From a virus (lineage: Duplodnaviria; Caudoviricetes): a DNA stretch of 64,000 nt. The translations under genes and the position numbers were made by a program. Shown here one piece after another: positions 58,584 through 64,000 of the stretch. Under the pieces are notes generated by a model, which made no database searches, had not been told where the DNA came from, and worked only from the letters and a program-made list of their open reading frames with translations. The stretch's first letter is position 1; each line of letters begins with the position of its first letter. The stretch spans positions 1 to 64,000 of IMG/VR virus record IMGVR_UViG_3300013280_000005; one strand, written 5' to 3'.

Positions 58584-61500
58584 TAAATCCTCCTAACTCT
58601 AACCGCAACAACAAGTTTAGCCACACCCGAGCCAACACTTTCTATCTCGGCTTGAAGATAATTTCCAGGAGTCAACTGTGACCAAGTTGATAACGATGAT
58701 GATCTTGACGCTGATATACTATTCAGTGTTGGTTTTTCTGTGCCAGCTATAGAATCAGTAGCAGATAGTGGTAGGTTAACGAATGTGTCGGACAAGATGT
58801 CAACCACAGCGGACGTATTCACCAAAGTATTTGAAGAGTTGAAGGCAAGTATATCCCAGCCAGTTGCACTAGCACTATATGGTATCAATACTGGATGATC
58901 TTTAACACCAGTTGTAAGATCGCTTCCACCATTATACAGTACAATGTTTATTGAGCCACTTATTGCACCAACACTACCATCCACGCCGCTCGTTCCACTT
59001 GTTCCCGGATTCCCCGCTGGACCAGAACCAGGAACTACCGCAACACTGCCTATACTAGCAATGGCTGTTCCAGTCACTGGGGATGAGAACGTTATTGTAA
59101 GAGTGTTTAATGATGTAGCTTCTATCTCATCTGGTATGATGACTCTGTTATCTGAATCGTATACATTGACTACAACATGTCTCTGCGCCAAATTATGGTT
59201 GAATACCCATGAAGAACTATTGGAAAAGCTAGCACTAACTGGACGTGTGTCAATCCAAGTCGGACCAAACGATCCACTATTCACCAATACAGCATTATAA
59301 GAACCCGTTGAATTTACAATATCAACAATTTTTGAATTTGGGCTAAATATAACCGAACCAGTAACATGCAAACTACCAGTTAGCTGTAATGTTGACCCGT
59401 CATATAATAAGTTTGGCTCCGCCTCAATTCCTGTTGCGGTACCATCTGATGTTAGTAATCTATTATTACCTTCGTTTGCAATAGTAGCACCACCGCTAGA
59501 TGTTCCACTTGATCCCGCAGTTCCACTAGTTCCCGCGCTTCCACTTGATCCAGATGTGCCGCTTGAGCCAGTTTGTCCGCTAGAGCCACTTGTTCCACTG
59601 CTTCCAGATGCTCCACTTGTTCCACTTGAACCATTTTGGCCACTTGTTCCACTTGAACCATTTTGGCCACTTGTTCCACTGCTTCCGCTAGAGCCACTGC
59701 TTCCACTTGTTCCACTGCTTCCGCTAGAGCCACTGCTTCCACTTGTTCCACTGCTTCCAGATGCTCCACTTGTTCCACTGCTTCCACTTGTTCCACTGCT
59801 TCCAGATGCTCCACTTGTTCCACTTGAACCATTTTGGCCACTTGTTCCACTGCTTCCGCTAGAGCCACTGCTTCCACTTGTTCCACTGCTTCCAGATGCT
59901 CCACTTGTTCCACTGCTTCCAGATGCTCCACTTGTTCCACTTGAACCATTTTGGCCACTTGTTCCACTGCTTCCGCTAGAGCCACTGCTTCCACTTGTTC
60001 CACTGCTTCCAGATGCTCCACTTGTTCCACTGCTTCCAGATGCTCCACTTGTTCCACTTGAACCATTTTGGCCACTTGTTCCACTGCTTCCGCTAGAGCC
60101 ACTGCTTCCACTTGTTCCACTGCTTCCAGATGCTCCACTTGTTCCACTTGAACCATTTTGGCCACTTGTTCCACTGCTTCCAGATGCTCCACTTGTTCCA
60201 CTGCTTCCACTTGTTCCACTGCTTCCAGATGCTCCACTTGTTCCACTTGAACCATTTTGGCCACTTGTTCCACTGCTTCCGCTAGAGCCACTGCTTCCAC
60301 TTGTTCCACTAGTTCCTGATGAGCCACTTGTTCCACTTGATCCCGCAGTTCCACTAGTTCCCGCGCTTCCACTTAAACCATCTTGGCCACTTGTTCCACT
60401 GCTTCCGCTCGAACCACTGCTTCCACTTGTTCCACTAGTTCCTGTTGAGCCACTTGTTCCTGTTGAGCCACTGCTTCCGCTCGAACCACTGCTTCCACTT
60501 GTTCCACTAGTTCCTGTTGAGCCACTTGTTCCTGTTGAGCCACTGCTTCCACTCGAACCACTGCTTCCACTTGAGCCACTTGTTCCACTTGAGCCACTTG
60601 TTCCACTTGAGCCACTTGAGCCACTTGAGCCACTTGTTCCACTGCTTCCAGATGCTCCACTTGTTCCACTCGTTCCGGTTGATCCACTGCTTCCACTGCT
60701 TCCGCTAGAGCCACTGCTTCCAGATGCTCCACTTGTTCCACTCGTTCCTGTTGTTCCACTCGTTCCGGTTGATCCACTGCTTCCACTTTGGCCGCTAGAG
60801 CCACTTGTTCCACTGCTTCCAGATGCTCCACTCGTTCCACTGCTTCCGCTAGAGCCACTTGTTCCACTGCTTCCAGATGCTCCACTTGTTCCACTGCTTC
60901 CAGATGCTCCACTTGTTCCACTTGAACCATTTTGGCCACTTGTTCCACTGCTTCCACTGCTTCCGCTAGAGCCACTTGTTCCACTGCTTCCAGATGCTCC
61001 ACTTGTTCCACTGCTTCCAGATGCTCCACTTGTTCCACTTGAACCATTTTGGCCACTTGTTCCACTGCTTCCAGATGCTCCACTTGTTCCACTGCTTCCG
61101 CTAGAGCCACTTGTTCCCGCTGGCCCCGGAGCACCCGATAATGAAATTGACCATACTGCGTAAGTTCCAGAGCCAACTGTACTAGTAACATTAATGTCTA
61201 GGTCACCAGTCAATGAATTATAAGAGGTAATATTTCCTTCTAACTTAGCATTTTCATCAAACGCACAAATTACATTTTGCCCTATACTAAGTGCTAACCC
61301 AGTTTCCACTACAAAGGATTTAGTTCCAGTGCCGATTGTATTGGAAGTTGATGATGTAGTAGTATATCTATCTCCAGAATTTCCACTCGTACCGCTAGTA
61401 CCAGTACTTCCAGATGTTCCCGAAGAGCCTGAGTTGCCGGATGTTCCGCTTGATCCACTTATGCCGCTTGTGCCGCTTGTACCGCTTGTACCAGTACTTC

Positions 61501-61975
61501 CACTGCTTCCACTGCTTCCACTGCTTCCACTTGAACCACTAGTACCGCTGCTTCCGCTCTGCCCACTAGTGCCACTTGTACCCGTACTTCCAGATGTTCC
61601 GCTTGATCCACTGCTTCCGCTCTGTCCACTGGTTCCACTGCTTCCACTTGTTCCAGACGAACCATTCTGTCCACTAGAACCACTTGTCCCACTGCTCCCG
61701 CTATTTCCAGATGTTCCCGATGAACCAGTCTGTCCACTTGTTCCAGATGATCCCGACGTTCCGCTTGAACCACTATTACCACTCGTACCGGAAGAACCAG
61801 ATGCTCCACTCGTTCCAGATGTTCCAGAACCACTGCCATTTGGTAAACTTACTCCGTTAATTACCAAACTTCCTGAAATCTCAACAGAGCCAGTGACTGT
61901 AGTATCTCCAGTTACAAGTAATGAACCTAGTTCCGCATTACTACCACTTACTATAACTTTTTTGTATCCGCTCAA
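58583..61975 (-). CDS. Gly-X-Ser collagen-like fibre protein
   Basis: Two long (GSS/GTS/GAS/GQN)n triplet tracts separated by a globular domain; TTG start after GGAG. Confidence 0.85.
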   Translation of the reverse strand: MSGYKKVIVSGSNAELGSLLVTGDTTVTGSVEISGSLVINGVSLPNGSGSGTSGTSGASGSSGTSGNSGSSGTSGSSGTSGQTGSSGTSGNSGSSGTSGSSGQNGSSGTSGSSGTSGQSGSSGSSGTSGSTGTSGTSGQSGSSGTSGSSGSSGSSGSSGSTGTSGTSGTSGISGSSGTSGNSGSSGTSGSTGTSGTSGNSGDRYTTTSSTSNTIGTGTKSFVVETGLALSIGQNVICAFDENAKLEGNITSYNSLTGDLDINVTSTVGSGTYAVWSISLSGAPGPAGTSGSSGSSGTSGASGSSGTSGQNGSSGTSGASGSSGTSGASGSSGTSGSSGSSGSSGTSGQNGSSGTSGASGSSGTSGASGSSGTSGSSGSSGTSGASGSSGTSGSSGQSGSSGSTGTSGTTGTSGTSGASGSSGSSGSSGSSGSTGTSGTSGASGSSGTSGSSGSSGSSGTSGSSGTSGSSGSSGSSGSSGSTGTSGSTGTSGTSGSSGSSGSSGSTGTSGSTGTSGTSGSSGSSGSSGTSGQDGLSGSAGTSGTAGSSGTSGSSGTSGTSGSSGSSGSSGTSGQNGSSGTSGASGSSGTSGSSGTSGASGSSGTSGQNGSSGTSGASGSSGTSGSSGSSGSSGTSGQNGSSGTSGASGSSGTSGASGSSGTSGSSGSSGSSGTSGQNGSSGTSGASGSSGTSGASGSSGTSGSSGSSGSSGTSGQNGSSGTSGASGSSGTSGSSGTSGASGSSGTSGSSGSSGSSGTSGSSGSSGSSGTSGQNGSSGTSGQNGSSGTSGASGSSGTSGSSGQTGSSGTSGSSGSAGTSGTAGSSGTSSGGATIANEGNNRLLTSDGTATGIEAEPNLLYDGSTLQLTGSLHVTGSVIFSPNSKIVDIVNSTGSYNAVLVNSGSFGPTWIDTRPVSASFSNSSSWVFNHNLAQRHVVVNVYDSDNRVIIPDEIEATSLNTLTITFSSPVTGTAIASIGSVAVVPGSGPAGNPGTSGTSGVDGSVGAISGSINIVLYNGGSDLTTGVKDHPVLIPYSASATGWDILAFNSSNTLVNTSAVVDILSDTFVNLPLSATDSIAGTEKPTLNSISASRSSSLSTWSQLTPGNYLQAEIESVGSGVAKLVVAVRVRRI
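59490..61830 (-). repeat. 9-nt-based low-complexity tandem repeats with higher-order duplications
   Basis: Units such as ccacttgtt / ccactgctt / ccagatgct in two tracts (~59490-61120 and ~61380-61830). Confidence 0.95.
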
Positions 61976-62032
61976 TAGAGTCTCCGCTTTTTGCTAGTGA
62001 AATTACCACCAAACATGCGCTAAAAGAATAAA

Positions 62033-62084
62033 TGCTCGTAGAAATATTTACAAGTTCTTACGCCTATAAATATCAATACGAGCA
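62033..62084 (-). terminator. Terminator-like hairpin with embedded late-promoter-like motif (62065-62072)
   Basis: TGCTCGTA...ATATTTA / TAAATAT...TACGAGCA, followed by TTTATTCTTTT on the minus strand. Confidence 0.55.
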
Positions 62085-62128
62085 CAATCTTAGGAGAATA
62101 TGTTATACTACCTCATTAGATGAGTTAG

Positions 62129-64000
62129 TTACATTCCATACGTTTCTTGAATAGCTCTTATCACATCAGCCCCAGCTATTGAAGTTGAGCAAATAAATCG
62201 TTGGGAATCATTCTTATGATCAGGACACCAGTTCCAGTCTCCTCTATCAAAAAAATGCCGTAGAGTACAACTATTACATACGTGTGGATTTGTAACTCTA
62301 AGGACACCAGACTGCATCTCTAAATCTGGTGGTGTGAAACCACTAATCAGCGTTGTTGGTGCGCCGACTGCCCATGCTAACCAGGATAATCCAGAGCTTA
62401 AACCAACAAATAATGAACATTTTGACAATACAAACGCTAACTGTCTAGTTGTTAAACCATTGAGTCGAACTACCCCAACTGGATCGTGATTACCCATAAA
62501 CCCATTTTCCTCCTTAGATAGAAGAAAAACTACTTTGTTTTTTGACCTAAAATAATCAACAACCTCTTGCCATCCAGTGGGATTGTTCCAGAATTTCGCC
62601 TGAGCCGTGCTGTATGGTGCTATGCAAACGAAATCATCCGGTATATTTTCAATGAGTTCTGCCATCAATCTAGGACGCAACTCTTCATATTCTAACCCGA
62701 GTATGTCACACGCAATTTGTTGTAATGAAATTGTTCGCGTATCCCTAGGATGAAAGAGTGAGTTAAATTGTCCATCGTCATACCAAAGACCTAATGAAAA
62801 TTTTGAGTATAAATCATCAACTACCGTCCCAGGAGCAACAAATTCCAACTCAGGATACGCTTCCGCAAACAAGTCGTTATGAAAAGTTGATACTATAATA
62901 TGACAATTATGCTTGTTCTTAAATTTCTCAACATATGGTATCCACGCTATCGTGTCTCCTAGCGCAGAAGACTCCATGGAAATTAATACTCTCTTACCAT
63001 TCAAGTTAAATGTATGCTCAACGAAATGCCCGTCGTCACTGAGAACTCTAATCTTCCACGGGGTAAACCAACGCCTATTGCATTTAGCCCATTGGTTACT
63101 TCTTATATGAGTTGAATACACGACTTCATTGTTAGTCTGGTCTATGAACTGGACATCAATTCCTTTACTATGTTGGCTAAGAAGTTCAAAGAACGCACCG
63201 TCAATGAAGTTGATATTCATCACGTCTGTATTTTTTCGTTTACGAAGTTTATTGTAAACCCTTAACATACTTGAACGCATATTCGGAGATACTATACTAG
63301 TGTACAAACTAGCCAAATCTGCACATATCACACCCCAGTCGTACGTATGAACAGATGAAAACGTTTTGAATCTATGAATTTCAGGTCCAGTGGCAAACAT
63401 TCGAATGCCTGTGATGATTGACTCCAATTCTCTTTCAACTCGTATGTGATGCAATTCTCCAGCACAATCAGTGGAGATTATTGGTAGCCCACATGCAGCA
63501 GCTTCAAGAAGAGTTAACGGGGGATGTCCAGCTTCTATCGATGAAGCATGTATCAACACATCATGGCTATGATATTGTTCAATCAATTCATCATCAGTGA
63601 GATCATATAGGATTGTTAACTTATGATAATCAAATTCATCTTGATGTGCTTCAAAAAACTCCTCGTTATTACGTCGTGGACCACAAATCGTTATAGGGAA
63701 GTCATACGTCTTGGCAGCTTGAACTGCATAAATGAATCCCTTCCTATCAAAAGAAGAATCTCCTCCAAACCCGTTATTTCCAACACACAAAACTCTGCAC
63801 GTTCCAGTTGGTTCATACGTAGCTGGATAGTATCGCGATAAATCTATACCATGCGATAGGTACACTGGAATGTCATCAAAGTATTCAACTAGATATTGAG
63901 CTGGGACAATTGCCAACGCCGCACGTTGCATGGCTAATAAATTGTTGTTGTAGTTAACTGAGGATTTACCATACGCAAACGCATGATGATCGTGAAATGT
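62129..64000 (-). CDS. Bifunctional glycosyltransferase: GT4-like domain + TibC/Aah (BAHT)-like GT9 domain; 5' end beyond the window
   Basis: Frame open to 64000 (TFHDHHAF...); GT4 motifs RKG, EAGHPPLTLLEAAACGLP; BAHT-like ESSALGDTIAW, FVGLSSGLSWLAWA, ISGFT, CNSC...WCP...C. Confidence 0.85.
   Translation of the reverse strand, partial: TFHDHHAFAYGKSSVNYNNNLLAMQRAALAIVPAQYLVEYFDDIPVYLSHGIDLSRYYPATYEPTGTCRVLCVGNNGFGGDSSFDRKGFIYAVQAAKTYDFPITICGPRRNNEEFFEAHQDEFDYHKLTILYDLTDDELIEQYHSHDVLIHASSIEAGHPPLTLLEAAACGLPIISTDCAGELHHIRVERELESIITGIRMFATGPEIHRFKTFSSVHTYDWGVICADLASLYTSIVSPNMRSSMLRVYNKLRKRKNTDVMNINFIDGAFFELLSQHSKGIDVQFIDQTNNEVVYSTHIRSNQWAKCNRRWFTPWKIRVLSDDGHFVEHTFNLNGKRVLISMESSALGDTIAWIPYVEKFKNKHNCHIIVSTFHNDLFAEAYPELEFVAPGTVVDDLYSKFSLGLWYDDGQFNSLFHPRDTRTISLQQIACDILGLEYEELRPRLMAELIENIPDDFVCIAPYSTAQAKFWNNPTGWQEVVDYFRSKNKVVFLLSKEENGFMGNHDPVGVVRLNGLTTRQLAFVLSKCSLFVGLSSGLSWLAWAVGAPTTLISGFTPPDLEMQSGVLRVTNPHVCNSCTLRHFFDRGDWNWCPDHKNDSQRFICSTSIAGADVIRAIQETYGM

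Noticed and set aside
59452-61997. Long alternative-frame ORFs (PLVPL..., EQVEAV...) over the repeat
   Set aside because: Artefacts of stop-free 9-nt repeats; only the Gly-X-Ser frame has an RBS and unique flanking domains
971-63841. Numerous plus-strand ORFs antisense to large genes
   Set aside because: Shadows of minus-strand codon bias; no RBS or recognisable motifs. Only 28815..30464 is accepted
1-64000. Stop-codon reassignment as in some large phages
   Set aside because: Core genes are intact and densely packed under code 11, and TAA, TGA and TAG all end genes
1-64000. tRNA genes, introns or inteins
   Set aside because: Intergenic gaps are short with no cloverleaf seen; terminase, helicase, UvsX and portal have normal lengths. 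A covariance-model scan was not run

Overview
A 64-kb piece of a large T4-like (myovirus, 'Far-T4'-type) phage genome. It uses the standard genetic code and nearly all genes are on the minus strand. In transcription order (right to left): a GT4 + TibC/Aah-like glycosyltransferase; a very long Gly-X-Ser collagen-like fibre and other surface/fibre proteins; lysis-like membrane proteins; terminase, portal, prohead protease; a phage-encoded ribosomal protein bS21; an endonuclease I-like resolvase; scaffold and major capsid; PhoH; neck proteins; tail sheath and tube (split by an opposite-strand homing endonuclease); tail chaperones, tape measure and baseplate; a degenerate family A polymerase; and a replication block (gp32-like SSB, UvsX, 5'-3' exonuclease, DnaB-like helicase). 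Promoter-like TTTG-N20-TAnnTTG elements and bS21 suggest a Bacteroidota/FCB host (inference). Most interesting candidates: (1) a virion glycosylation system: a BAHT-type glycosyltransferase next to a Ser-rich fibre, with a recurrent [ST][GA]S motif in surface proteins; (2) a late-promoter-like motif ATATTTATA, the reverse complement of the T4 late box, several times embedded in terminator-like hairpins; (3) bS21 lacking the anti-SD-sequestering Tyr, together with GGAG Shine-Dalgarno sites; (4) a +1/-2 frameshift candidate in the tail chaperone; (5) a family of putative capsid-packaged proteins with shared leaders. All calls come from motif recognition by eye; no database searches were run.
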